NCBI GenBank assembly: GCA_041484665.1
Contig: JBGPIA010000001.1
Coordinates: 160,001 to 224,000 of the forward strand
Direction: 5' to 3'
Source: Candidatus Krumholzibacteriia bacterium
GTDB lineage: Bacteria > Krumholzibacteriota > Krumholzibacteriia > JAJRXK01
DNA length: 64,000 nucleotides
Shown here: positions 45,738-55,256 of the stretch, in pieces
Layout: every line of letters starts with the position of its first letter
Numbering within the stretch: position 1 is the stretch's first letter
Notes under the pieces: model-generated
Seen by the model: the letters and a program-made list of their open reading frames with translations, nothing else
What the model was told of the DNA's origin: nothing
Databases searched by the model: none
Made by a program: the position numbers and the translations under genes

Positions 45738-47207
45738 TCACTCCTCGTAGTAGATGCGCACCCGCTCGTCGGGCTCCGCGGAAAGGCCGCGCAGATCCAG
45801 CAGCCCGCGCGACGCGATCGACACCGCGCTCAGGGTTGGCTCGCCGATCTCGGAGAACAGCGCCACGAGCTTCTGCGGGTCGGCGGTGGCATCGACGGCG
45901 ACGCGGAACATGTTGGCGGTGACGCGCTCGTAGCGGTCGATCATCCAGAGACCGGCGTTGGGCCGCGGGTTCTTCTCCAGCAGGCCGCGGTCGCACACCA
46001 ACAGTAGGCTCTTGGGATTGCGCACGGCCATCTCGCGCAGGAAGCAGTTGTGCCAGGCGTCCCCCAGCTCGAAGGTGCGGGCCCCGTAGGAAGCGAGCTT
46101 GTATTTCTTCTCCTTGTAGTAGTAGACGCCGGTCTCGACCGGGGCGGTCTCGACCACGGGCGCGGCCCCCAGCAGGTACTCGGCCACCTCGTTCATCGAC
46201 TGCAGCAGCGACTGCGCGCGGTAGAAGATGCGGCCCAGCCGCTCGTGGTCGTAGGGCTCGCCCAGGAAGCGGTCGACATCCTCGAAAAAGTGGGGATCGC
46301 CCGAGGTGAGTTTGCCCTCTTGCACGAAGGTCTTGATCCCGTGCTCCAACGCGGCCGGGCGCGCCGAGAGCAGCGCGCGGAACAGCCGTAGCACCCGCGT
46401 CGTGGTGTCCCACAGCCCGTAGGGGTGGACCTCGGGGGCGACCTCCGGGATGCCATCCTCCAGCGTCGCGACCGCCGCCAGCCACGGCAGCACCACTTCG
46501 GAGATGAGCGACTCCTTGGGCTGGCGGGCGGCCGCGGCGGCGGTGAGCAGCTCGCGCAGGCGGCGCAGTTTCTTGCGCAGCTCGGCGGCGGTGCGCCCCA
46601 TGGCCGGCCACGCCGCCACGGTCAGCGCCGGCGGCTGATAGTCGGGCGCGGGCTCGACCTCCACGCCGTCCCAGACGTATTCGGCGATCATGAGCGCGCT
46701 GCGGCTGGAGGATGCGGACGGCACGATCCGCGCGCGCAACGCTGGCACGACGAAGGGGCGGCGCGCCGGCTCCTCGGCAGGATCGGGCTCCCCCACCTCG
46801 GTCGTGGCCAGCTCGGCGGCAGCCTCCGCGTCGGCCGGCTCGACCAGCACGCCCAGCCGCACCGGACGCGGCGGATTGCGTTCAAGCGTGCCGGCGGCGG
46901 AGAGCATTGCGGAGAGCTGCGGCCACGCCTCCTCGTCGAAGGCGAGCACGGTTCCGTCGGGAGCGAGACCGTTGATGCTGTGGATGTGGACGGTCAGGCG
47001 GTCGGCGCCCTGTTCGTGAGAGAGGCGCGCTCCGGACCCGCCGCCGCGCGCCGGTGGCACGAGCCCGTAGCCGCCAGCGGCCGGCGCAACCGCGCGTGCG
47101 AGCCACGCGCGCGCTTGGACGGCGCAGGCCTCCGCCTGTCGCAGGTGCCGGTCGGAGAGGAGCATCGGGTTCTTCCAATTGACCGCGAAGATGCCGTCGG
47201 CAGACAT
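45738..47207 (-). CDS. tssK: T6SS baseplate subunit TssK (divergent)
   Basis: N-terminal VNWKNPMLLSDRHL, YGLVP, GLAPDG, VGEPDPAEEPARRPF, YQPPALTV, HPYGLW, YDHERLG. Confidence 0.75.
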   Translation of the reverse strand: MSADGIFAVNWKNPMLLSDRHLRQAEACAVQARAWLARAVAPAAGGYGLVPPARGGGSGARLSHEQGADRLTVHIHSINGLAPDGTVLAFDEEAWPQLSAMLSAAGTLERNPPRPVRLGVLVEPADAEAAAELATTEVGEPDPAEEPARRPFVVPALRARIVPSASSSRSALMIAEYVWDGVEVEPAPDYQPPALTVAAWPAMGRTAAELRKKLRRLRELLTAAAAARQPKESLISEVVLPWLAAVATLEDGIPEVAPEVHPYGLWDTTTRVLRLFRALLSARPAALEHGIKTFVQEGKLTSGDPHFFEDVDRFLGEPYDHERLGRIFYRAQSLLQSMNEVAEYLLGAAPVVETAPVETGVYYYKEKKYKLASYGARTFELGDAWHNCFLREMAVRNPKSLLLVCDRGLLEKNPRPNAGLWMIDRYERVTANMFRVAVDATADPQKLVALFSEIGEPTLSAVSIASRGLLDLRGLSAEPDERVRIYYEE

Positions 47208-47540
47208 CGCTGCTCTCCTCCGCTTCCCCGAGCAGGCACACGCAGACAGCACCCTTGCCGTTGCGGGTGGAACCGAGCCACGCCCCTGCCGGACAGTTTC
47301 GCCATGCAGGCGCCGGATTCAACAGATTTCCGAGCTCGCCCTCTTCTGTACACCCGCCTCGAGCGGGCGTCCACACCTGAGCCGCTGGAGCTTGCCAGCG
47401 GCCGAAACAAAGGTTGCCTCGCCCGGTCGGCGGTCGGACAATTGAGCGCAGAAGTGCCCGGGGTCCGCCACGATACCAGCTGGATGCGGCGGTGGGTCCT
47501 CCGCGGCCGCCCTCCCGGAACCGTCGAAGGAGATTCCGCC

Positions 47541-48950
47541 GTGATCGAGGAGCCGACTGCCACGGATCGATGGCCGTTGGCGCGCCGCGGACTGGGCGGT
47601 GCGCGGCCGCGCGGCGCGACGACCGGTACCCGTCTGCTTTGCCTGCCCTGCCTGCGCCTGTGGATGGCCCTGCTGAGCGCCGCATCGCTGGTCACGGGTT
47701 GCGCCACGTCGCCCTACGAACGTGGCCGCCAGGCGCTCACCAGCGATCCCGCCGCCGCGGCCCGCGCGTTCGACCAGTCGATCGCAGCCGGCTCGCGCGT
47801 CACCGACGCCACGCGCGAGCGCGGCGCCGCTCGCCTGCAGAGCGGCGACACCGAGGGCGCACTATCGGATCTGGAATCGGCGCGCGCCATGGGCGATCAG
47901 AGTGCGCGGCTGGATTGGCTTCTGGGCAACGCGTACTCCAAGGCCGGACGCTACGCCGAGGCCGCCACCGCCTATCGCTCCTACGAGCAGTTCACCGGCA
48001 ACCGTGCCGTCCGCGAGGCGACCCGCGAGCGGGTCGCCCAACTCGACCACCAGGTGATGGCGGCTGCGGCCACGTCGTTGCGCGAGGCGCGCATGGCGGG
48101 AACGCAACCGCCCGACAACAGCGTGGCCGTTTACGCCTTCCAGCCTGCTGCAGGCAAGCAGGCGCCCGTGGACGACCAGAAGATCTGCCGCGCCCTCAAC
48201 GTGCTGGTTGCGGCCGACCTGGCGAAGGTCTCGGCGCTGAAGACGATCGCCGCCGACCAGCTCGACCTGATCTACCGCGAGCAGCGATTCACGTACGAGA
48301 ACCGCCAGTTCTTCGAGCCCGCGTCGCTGCCGGCCGCTGGAAGCCTCTTGCCGGCGCGCCACATGGTGCGCGGTGTGTATGGCAGTCTGCCCAAGGAGCA
48401 CCTGGCGATGGGTGCGGCCTGCTACGACGCGCTGGCAGGCAGCTCCGCTCAGTGCTCGCAGCAGGAGGGCGCGACCTCCGCGCTATTCGACATGCAGACG
48501 CAGCTGGTGCTCGACGTCCTCAAGTCCCTCAGCGTCAAGCCCACGGCCGCCGAGCTGGCGGCCATCGGGCGCAAGCCCACGCGCAATCTGCGGGCGTTCC
48601 TTGCCTTCAGCGACGGCTTGTACATGCGCGACACGGGCGACCCGCAGGGCGCGCAGAAGGCCTTCGAGAAGGCAGCCACCATCGATCCGGGGTTCACGCT
48701 CGCCAGCGAGGCCGCAGCCGCGACGGCGGTGGACATCGCCGGCGCCGACGTGGTGATCGACGTGCCGCCGCCCGTGGAATCCAGCGCCGCACAGGAGCGC
48801 GCCATGTCCAGCGCGCTCCAGCTGGGCCTGGGACTGATCCCCGATCTGGCCTCGGGTGACGGGACTGCCGGCACGGTCGAAGAGGTGGTCTCCGCGCGCG
48901 GCGAGGCGACGCTGCACATCACCGCGCGCGTCGGAGGTCAGCAGCCATGA
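47541..48950 (+). CDS. TPR + CsgG/FlgO-like lipoprotein
   Basis: AAGGAG RBS before GTG (alternative ATG 47664); lipobox LVTGC; TPRs; SVAVYAF...ADLAKVSALKTI...HMVRG...PTRNLRAFLAFSDGL. Confidence 0.7.
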   Translation: MIEEPTATDRWPLARRGLGGARPRGATTGTRLLCLPCLRLWMALLSAASLVTGCATSPYERGRQALTSDPAAAARAFDQSIAAGSRVTDATRERGAARLQSGDTEGALSDLESARAMGDQSARLDWLLGNAYSKAGRYAEAATAYRSYEQFTGNRAVREATRERVAQLDHQVMAAAATSLREARMAGTQPPDNSVAVYAFQPAAGKQAPVDDQKICRALNVLVAADLAKVSALKTIAADQLDLIYREQRFTYENRQFFEPASLPAAGSLLPARHMVRGVYGSLPKEHLAMGAACYDALAGSSAQCSQQEGATSALFDMQTQLVLDVLKSLSVKPTAAELAAIGRKPTRNLRAFLAFSDGLYMRDTGDPQGAQKAFEKAATIDPGFTLASEAAAATAVDIAGADVVIDVPPPVESSAAQERAMSSALQLGLGLIPDLASGDGTAGTVEEVVSARGEATLHITARVGGQQP

Positions 48951-50119
48951 GCAGAACGCAGACGATCGCTGCCGTGCGCGGCGCCTCCAGGACCGCAGTG
49001 CTCGGCGCGTCGCTGACTGCCGCGCTGGTCGTAGGGGCGGTGCCGCGAGCCGTCGCCGACGTCGCGTTCGCGCAAGAGCGCACTCTCTACACTGCTATGG
49101 GCCAGAATTCCCTGCGGACCTGGGTCGTGAAGGACAAGCAGACCGGCGACCAGCGCACCTTGCGCCAATTCGCCAGCCGCTGGTTCGGCACCATCAAGAC
49201 CGGCCCCAACGCCGAGCTGGTGCTGTACACGTCGGGGGGATTCGCGCAGGACCATGCCAGCGACGTCGACGTCGCCGAGATTCGCGGGATCTCTGACGTG
49301 AAGCTCAAGGGCTTCTACCACGTCGCGTCCGATCAGCTGCTCCTCTCGGCGGGCGTCAACCTGCCTACCGGCATCACCAAGCTCTCCGACGAGCAGGTGC
49401 GCGCTGCGAGCGCCGTGGCGCCCAACGTCTACGGTTTCCGCCAGAAGCGCTACGGCGAGGGGTTCGACCTCGACCTGGGCGTCTCCGCGGGCAAGCACCT
49501 GTCGCCAGACTGGACGCTGGGCGGTGGAGTGAGCTTCCTGCACAAGGGCGCCTACGACCTCGACTTGTCCACCCGGTACGATCCGGGCAGCGAGATCGCC
49601 TTCACCGTCGGCGCCGACTTCGCGGGCGGTCGGGCAACGGCTGCCACCGACCTGGTCTACCGCCTCTTCACCTCGGACCAGACCAACGGTCAGAAGAGTT
49701 TCGACGAGGGCGGGCAGCTGGAGCTCAACGTCCGCAGCTCCGTGCGTGGAGAGCGCTTCGGACTGGATGTATCGGCGCGCGACGTCGTCAAATCGTCCAA
49801 CACGATCCTCGCGCCGCTGCCGGCGGGCACCGATGACCGCGTGGATAACGGGAACAACTTCTGGCTGTGGGTGACGCCCAGCTACCAGCCTTCGGAGGTC
49901 GTCGCGCTCAAAGGCCTGTTCGAGTACACGGCCACCGGGCAAGGGCAGCAGCAGCCGAGCAGCGGCTGGGCGACGGGCTTCGGCGGGGGGATCGACCTGC
50001 AGCTGCGGCCGTCCGCGATCCTGGAGGCGCGGGCAGAGCGCCTGGTGGGCGGTAGCCAAGCCAAGAACGTGGACCTCTCCGGCTGGGACGTCCTGCTCGG
50101 CCTGCGCGTGCAGCATTGA
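48947..50119 (+). CDS. Putative outer-membrane beta-barrel protein
   Basis: Signal peptide, amphipathic strands, GISDVKLKG..LSAGVNLPTG, C-terminal strand VLLGLRVQH. Confidence 0.7.
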   Translation: MSRTQTIAAVRGASRTAVLGASLTAALVVGAVPRAVADVAFAQERTLYTAMGQNSLRTWVVKDKQTGDQRTLRQFASRWFGTIKTGPNAELVLYTSGGFAQDHASDVDVAEIRGISDVKLKGFYHVASDQLLLSAGVNLPTGITKLSDEQVRAASAVAPNVYGFRQKRYGEGFDLDLGVSAGKHLSPDWTLGGGVSFLHKGAYDLDLSTRYDPGSEIAFTVGADFAGGRATAATDLVYRLFTSDQTNGQKSFDEGGQLELNVRSSVRGERFGLDVSARDVVKSSNTILAPLPAGTDDRVDNGNNFWLWVTPSYQPSEVVALKGLFEYTATGQGQQQPSSGWATGFGGGIDLQLRPSAILEARAERLVGGSQAKNVDLSGWDVLLGLRVQH

Positions 50120-51063
50120 CGCGTCCGCCACACATTCCCGCCCGGGCTTCGGCCGTGGCGCTGGCGCTCGCCGTCGCGCTCGCGCTGCCGGCGTCGTCCG
50201 CCCGCGCGCAGGACACGGCCTGGGGGCTGATCCTGCAGGTCACGCGCGCGCAGCAGCTCGCCGAGCAGACGCTCAAGGACGTACAGACGCCCCTGGGCGC
50301 GGTGCTGGCCCGCATCTCCCCCGGCAGCGCCTACGCCACCGGCGAGCGGGGCCTGGGCTACTGGGCGCTGTCGCTGGGCGCCACGGGCCTGCGCTTCGAC
50401 ATCACCAATCCCGACTACACCCAGGTCGACGCCGCGGGCCATCCAGCATCCATTACCGGGCCGTTTGGCGCGGCCTACGCCGACCTGGAGGTGGGCATCT
50501 TCTCGGGCTACAGCCCCGGCCACATGCACGACATCGGATGCGTGGACGTGCTGCTGCGGGGCGGCGTGACCATCGGTGACCAGGGGAATCTCGCGAACGA
50601 GGTCGACCTGCAGCACCTGGGGCCGCTCTTGGGCGCGGGCCTGCGCGTGGGGCTGCTGCGCGGTGACGGTTTGCCGTCGATCTCGCTGTCCAGCGGCGTG
50701 AATTTCTTCGACCAGCGCACCTTCAAGGTCCGCGTGCAGCAGGCTGGCAACGACTACGACATCACGCTCGAGCTGCGCCAGAACACGTTCTTCCTGCTCG
50801 GAGAGATCTCCAAGCAGTTCTGGGCGGTGACCCCGTATGGCGGAGGCGGGCTGCTGCACCATCACCTCGAGGCGAGCTATGCGGCGCAGGTCGCCTACAG
50901 CACCGGATCGGTCGAGGTGCACGGCGCGCCACACCTGAGCGAGAGCGAGTCGATCGTGTTCGGCGGCCTGGAGCTGGGCAGCGGTTTCCTGCGCATCGTG
51001 GGCGAGGGCGGCGCTTCCGGGGGCGAACCCTACGGCACCTTTTATTTGAGGTTCACGCCATGA
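50116..51063 (+). CDS. Putative outer-membrane beta-barrel protein
   Basis: Signal peptide (ARA-QD), amphipathic strands, ISKQFWAVTPYGGGG, C-terminal GTFYLRF. Confidence 0.65.
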   Translation: MTRPPHIPARASAVALALAVALALPASSARAQDTAWGLILQVTRAQQLAEQTLKDVQTPLGAVLARISPGSAYATGERGLGYWALSLGATGLRFDITNPDYTQVDAAGHPASITGPFGAAYADLEVGIFSGYSPGHMHDIGCVDVLLRGGVTIGDQGNLANEVDLQHLGPLLGAGLRVGLLRGDGLPSISLSSGVNFFDQRTFKVRVQQAGNDYDITLELRQNTFFLLGEISKQFWAVTPYGGGGLLHHHLEASYAAQVAYSTGSVEVHGAPHLSESESIVFGGLELGSGFLRIVGEGGASGGEPYGTFYLRFTP

Positions 51064-52067
51064 GCTGCTCGATGAGCCCCCTCTCGCCGCCCGGTGGAGA
51101 TGCAGTGCCGCATGCAGCGCGGCGTGCGCCACGCCGTGCGACTGCTTTGACGGCGGCGCTGGCGGGCGCGCTGGCGCTGACCGCCTGCCTCTCGTCATGC
51201 CTGCTGCTGTCGCCCGACCGCCACGGCCGCTCGACCTTGACGATCAACATCGTCGTAACGGGCACTGCAATCCCCCCGGGCAAAGCGGAGCGGGCTGCGC
51301 AGAACGCCGCGCCGTCGTGCCAGACGCTGACCCAGTACCTCGCGCACCCGGCGCAGCTGTCGGCCTGGGTGCGCGTGTGGCGCTACCTACCCGGCGCCGG
51401 GACGGACAGCCTGCTGGCGGCCGAAGGGCCGCTCACGGTCGGAGCGTACGACGCCGTGCAGCAGACGTTGCCGCTGAGTGGGACGCTCCAGCTGCCCGCC
51501 GGGCCGGCTGGCAGCCGCGATCGGCTGCACGTCGGACTGCAGGCCACGGGCGACCAGCTCACGGCCACGGCGATCCCAGGCCCGGCGACCTTCGCGGGTA
51601 CGCTCACGTTCGCTTCGGGCCTGGGCGTCGGCGTGGACTCGTTTACGGTGACGCCCTTGCCGCCCATTTACGGCGCGGTGGGCCTGGTGAGCTCCCCCGC
51701 AGTCAACGGTGGCGAGCCGGCGAGCTTCAACTTCGTGCTGCGCTACGACAGCCTCACCAACCACATGCTCGCCAGCTACGAGGACCTGCAGTACGCCTGG
51801 CAAGGCACGACACATCACCTCGTGGTGAGCGTGGACGGCGGCCTGCAACCGGTCGTGATCTTCGCGGGTGCGGGAGACCTCCCCGCGCTCCCGGCGGGAG
51901 TCGACACCCAGGTCCTGGTGGACGTGCTGCCGACCGGCCAGCTCCCGGGCAGCGCCGGGGAGCGCCTGGATGCGGATGTCACGGTCCAGTTCGTCGGTGA
52001 GCCGTTGCGCGAGACCGGGCGTGTGCAGCTGACGCGCAGGGTGTCGCTCTGCCGGTTGCCGGAGTAG
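51060..52067 (+). CDS. Putative lipoprotein, beta-rich, unknown function
   Basis: Basic n-region, hydrophobic stretch, ALTAC/LSSC lipobox candidates; ATGA coupling to upstream gene. Confidence 0.55.
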   Translation: MSCSMSPLSPPGGDAVPHAARRAPRRATALTAALAGALALTACLSSCLLLSPDRHGRSTLTINIVVTGTAIPPGKAERAAQNAAPSCQTLTQYLAHPAQLSAWVRVWRYLPGAGTDSLLAAEGPLTVGAYDAVQQTLPLSGTLQLPAGPAGSRDRLHVGLQATGDQLTATAIPGPATFAGTLTFASGLGVGVDSFTVTPLPPIYGAVGLVSSPAVNGGEPASFNFVLRYDSLTNHMLASYEDLQYAWQGTTHHLVVSVDGGLQPVVIFAGAGDLPALPAGVDTQVLVDVLPTGQLPGSAGERLDADVTVQFVGEPLRETGRVQLTRRVSLCRLPE

Positions 52068-52131
52068 TCGCAGCGCCACCGGCCACGATCGCGCTCGGCT
52101 TGGATCGCCAAGGGCGCGGTCGCGCGCCCGC

Positions 52132-53106
52132 TCACCCCGCCAGATAGCTCGTCCGGCCCAGCCGCGCCTGCCAGGGGTCGCCCAGAACTGCGTGGCGGTC
52201 CTGCGGCCGCAACACGAGGTCGATGTCGTACGCGACGCCGGCCGGAGCCGCGGCGGCGAGCAGCGCCTGCGCCTTCGCGCGCCAGGTCGCGTCGCGATCG
52301 AACGCCAGGAAGGACGAGAGCGGCACGGGCCCGATGCGCGCGATGATCTTGGGCGCCGGATCGACGAATTGCGGACCCAGCAGCACGCCCTCCCCCAGGC
52401 GCGCGCCCGAGGTTCCCAGCGGCGCCCGCAACGCCTGTGGCAGGCACAGCCCCGGACCGCGCGCGATCACGATCGCAACCGGCAGCCCCAGGAACTGCTC
52501 GAGCACGGTGGCGATCCCCGCCGCCGGACCGACCCAGCGGTGCAAGCGCTGTAGCTCGCTGGCCAGGAAGATCGCCTCCTGGTCGTCCAGCGGGAGGTCC
52601 GCCAGCCCAACGAACGCAAGCCCGCGCCGCGCGAAGGCCGGGTCATTGCCCACCAGGCTGAGGCCGTCGCGCAGGCGCTCCAGATCGCGGTCCAGGCGGC
52701 CCAGCGCCTTGTCGAGCACGGTGATCAGCCGACGGCCGGGGCCGTAGGCGCCCACCTGGCGCTCCCAGAAGTCGAGCGTCTGTCCGGGCTCGATGGCGAC
52801 GTGCGCCTCGTCCTGCGTGGTGGGCAGCGGCTCGAGGAACTCGTGCGGCAGTCGCTCGGCCAGCCCGTTGCGGGCCACGAACAGAATGACCGCGGTACGC
52901 TCGTCCAGTGGGGTGCCGGCCGCCGGAATCTGTCCGACCACCTCGCCGCGGAACGACTCCAGGGGCCCCACGGGGATCAGCTCGACGCGCTGCGGGTCGA
53001 CGCCCAGCGCCGCCAGCGACGCCACCGCCGCGCAGGCCCTCGGCGTCGGGATGCGCCGCAGCAGGTCCGGCATCGCCGGCGTGGATGCGCTCGCCCGGTC
53101 AGGCAT
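52132..53106 (-). CDS. tssG: T6SS baseplate subunit TssG with N-terminal PASTA-like domain
   Basis: RNGLAERLPHEF, VLEQFLGLPVAI, LGEGVLLG, ARIGPV; follows tssF with 8-nt overlap. Confidence 0.75.
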   Translation of the reverse strand: MPDRASASTPAMPDLLRRIPTPRACAAVASLAALGVDPQRVELIPVGPLESFRGEVVGQIPAAGTPLDERTAVILFVARNGLAERLPHEFLEPLPTTQDEAHVAIEPGQTLDFWERQVGAYGPGRRLITVLDKALGRLDRDLERLRDGLSLVGNDPAFARRGLAFVGLADLPLDDQEAIFLASELQRLHRWVGPAAGIATVLEQFLGLPVAIVIARGPGLCLPQALRAPLGTSGARLGEGVLLGPQFVDPAPKIIARIGPVPLSSFLAFDRDATWRAKAQALLAAAAPAGVAYDIDLVLRPQDRHAVLGDPWQARLGRTSYLAG

Positions 53107-54850
53107 TGCGGGCGGGGGTGCTCTCGTCGCTCTGCGCAAGCTGCACGACCACGATCTGACCGGCCGGCGCCCTCGCCTGCAGGTCGCGTTGCAGGGCGTC
53201 CTGGAAGGCCTCCCGCTCCAGGTCGGAGGTGAACGCCCCCGTCCGGTGGCGCGCCGTGACGGTGACGCATGAGCCCACGCCGCCCGCCGTGCGCGCGACG
53301 CCGCGACCAACCTCGGCGCGCACGATGCGCGTCGGGTCGAAGGCCGCGGCCAGCGCCCGGTAATCCAGCGCGGTCACGGCCCGCGCGCGGCTGGCCAGCG
53401 CCGAGCGCAGCTCGGCCACGTGGTGCTGCGGCTCCGCCGGCGCGCCGCCGCCGCGGCTGGGCGCCACATTCACTGCATCGAGCACTCCCGGACAGAGGCG
53501 ACGGTCGTAGATCAGATTGATGCTTCCGGGAGCCAGGCCGTCGGCCTCGGCGCCGTGGGTAGTGGTGTAGGCCACCTCGATCTTGCGCGGCCTCACCGCG
53601 CGCTCGGCCGCCGTCAGCCGCAGGCGCGCCACGCCATCGGGTGAGCGGTCGAAGTAGTAACGATTGGGTGAGGCCAGGCCGTCGGGGGTCTCGGCGTCGA
53701 CGTAGCTGAGCGTGTTGGCAGCGTCGAGCACGCTATCGATGCGGAAGACCTGGCGCCACGCGACGGGCAGATCGAGCAGGTGGACCGCGTCCCCGCCCAC
53801 GTTGATCTTGGCCGTCTCACTGTTCTGGTTGAAGGCCACGACACAATTGGCCAAGAGCCGCGCGCGCTGCAGCGCGGCCTCCCCCACCCCCGCCGAGACC
53901 TTCACGCGCACCCAGCAGCGGTTGGGTACCGATGCCAGCTTCCCCGCCGCGATCCCCTCGGTGGCCGCCGCCGGTACCGCGCCCCGCCCGGCGCGCAGCA
54001 CCGCGAGGTCGATCGGGACGAAGTGGCGGTCGTAGGGGCTGTAGGGGCGGCGCTGGTCGGAGCGCACGCGCAGAAGCAGCGCCTCCTGGTCCACCGACCA
54101 CGGTTGCAGCCGGTAGCGGCTGCCGGGGACGTAGGCGGCACCCGCATCGTCGGCGCCGGCCTCCCACGTCGCCCAGATCAGCCCGAGCACCGCGCGCTCC
54201 TCCCCGAGCACGAATACCGGCACCTCGGGCACGTCCAGGCCGTCGGGCACGTCGAGCCCCAAGTGGAGCACCAGCTGCCCGGTCGCCGGGACGCGCCAGG
54301 AAGCGCCGCCGGCCACAGGCGCCCCCAATTCCTCGCTCCCGTCGGCCAACAGGCGCACCTCGCCCGCTGCCGTCTGCAGCAACACCGCCGGGCCACCCAC
54401 GCCCGGCACGAGCGCCTCGCCGACGGGCCCGAAGTGGATCGCGCGCTCCTCCTGTTGTCCGCCTTCGCCCGTGACGGCCTTGCGCCCCACCACCTGCAGC
54501 CCCTCGTCCACGCGGGTCGCGGGGTCTTTCACAGAGAGTTGCAGCACGGTCGACGACGGCACGGGAGCGCGCGGGAACGCCAGCAGGCTCTCCACCAGCT
54601 TCTCGTAGGAGAGGCCGATCACCGAGTCGAGCTTGGCGTAGAGCCGCGCGTACTCGCGCGCCACGGCGCCGAGCAAGAGCCGCACCAGCGGGTCGGTGAG
54701 GGTCGGATCGCGCGACAGACCCGGGATCTGCGCCGCGGCGTCGTCGAGCATGCGCTGCAGCACGGCGGCGTGGTCGGCCTCGTCGCGGCGCAGCCAGGTA
54801 AAGGTGGGGGCCGGGACGTCGCTGCGGGTGCGGTCGCCTTGGGTGGCCAT
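53099..54850 (-). CDS. tssF: T6SS baseplate subunit TssF (T6SS-iii type)
   Basis: QRML...DPLVRLLLGAVA, PVPSSTVL, NCVVAFN, YTTTHGAEADG, SRGG, SRARAVTALDY. Confidence 0.85.
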   Translation of the reverse strand: MATQGDRTRSDVPAPTFTWLRRDEADHAAVLQRMLDDAAAQIPGLSRDPTLTDPLVRLLLGAVAREYARLYAKLDSVIGLSYEKLVESLLAFPRAPVPSSTVLQLSVKDPATRVDEGLQVVGRKAVTGEGGQQEERAIHFGPVGEALVPGVGGPAVLLQTAAGEVRLLADGSEELGAPVAGGASWRVPATGQLVLHLGLDVPDGLDVPEVPVFVLGEERAVLGLIWATWEAGADDAGAAYVPGSRYRLQPWSVDQEALLLRVRSDQRRPYSPYDRHFVPIDLAVLRAGRGAVPAAATEGIAAGKLASVPNRCWVRVKVSAGVGEAALQRARLLANCVVAFNQNSETAKINVGGDAVHLLDLPVAWRQVFRIDSVLDAANTLSYVDAETPDGLASPNRYYFDRSPDGVARLRLTAAERAVRPRKIEVAYTTTHGAEADGLAPGSINLIYDRRLCPGVLDAVNVAPSRGGGAPAEPQHHVAELRSALASRARAVTALDYRALAAAFDPTRIVRAEVGRGVARTAGGVGSCVTVTARHRTGAFTSDLEREAFQDALQRDLQARAPAGQIVVVQLAQSDESTPARNA

Positions 54851-54862
54851 GGGCGGGGCGGC

Positions 54863-55255
54863 TCACGCCTCCAAGTCGTAATCCAACGTCAGGAGTTGAC
54901 GCGTGGCCCGCACCGTGGCGACCACTCGGATGCGGCGGTAGGGGAAGTAGCGCCCCGGATCCTTGCCCGTGAATTCGATCTTGTCCACCACGATGCGCGG
55001 CTCGCAACGGCCCAGCGCATTGCGGATCTCGCGCACGACGTCCTGGGCCCGCCCCTGACGGAACTCGTGGTGCGGCAGGTCGGCCCCGAAGTCGGGATCG
55101 CCCGCTGTGCCCGGCGGTTTGGCAGCACCCTGCACCGGGTTGGTGAGGACCAGCCGGATGGTGTGGGCGATGGAGTCCTCCAGCGAGCCGGAGGCCATGC
55201 GGCCGCCTTCCAGGCGCAACGGGAGCACGAGGTAGGGTGCGCGTTCGTCCGGCAT
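54863..55255 (-). CDS. tssE: T6SS baseplate TssE (gp25 family)
   Basis: YLVLPL, SIAHTIRLVLT, DPDFG, IRNALGRCEPRI. Confidence 0.85.
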   Translation of the reverse strand: MPDERAPYLVLPLRLEGGRMASGSLEDSIAHTIRLVLTNPVQGAAKPPGTAGDPDFGADLPHHEFRQGRAQDVVREIRNALGRCEPRIVVDKIEFTGKDPGRYFPYRRIRVVATVRATRQLLTLDYDLEA

Positions 55256-55256
55256 C

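Noticed and set aside
43575..46007. 810-aa + strand ORF (and similar ones at 10033, 36604, 58255)
   Set aside because: Antisense shadows of well-supported minus-strand genes; no motifs
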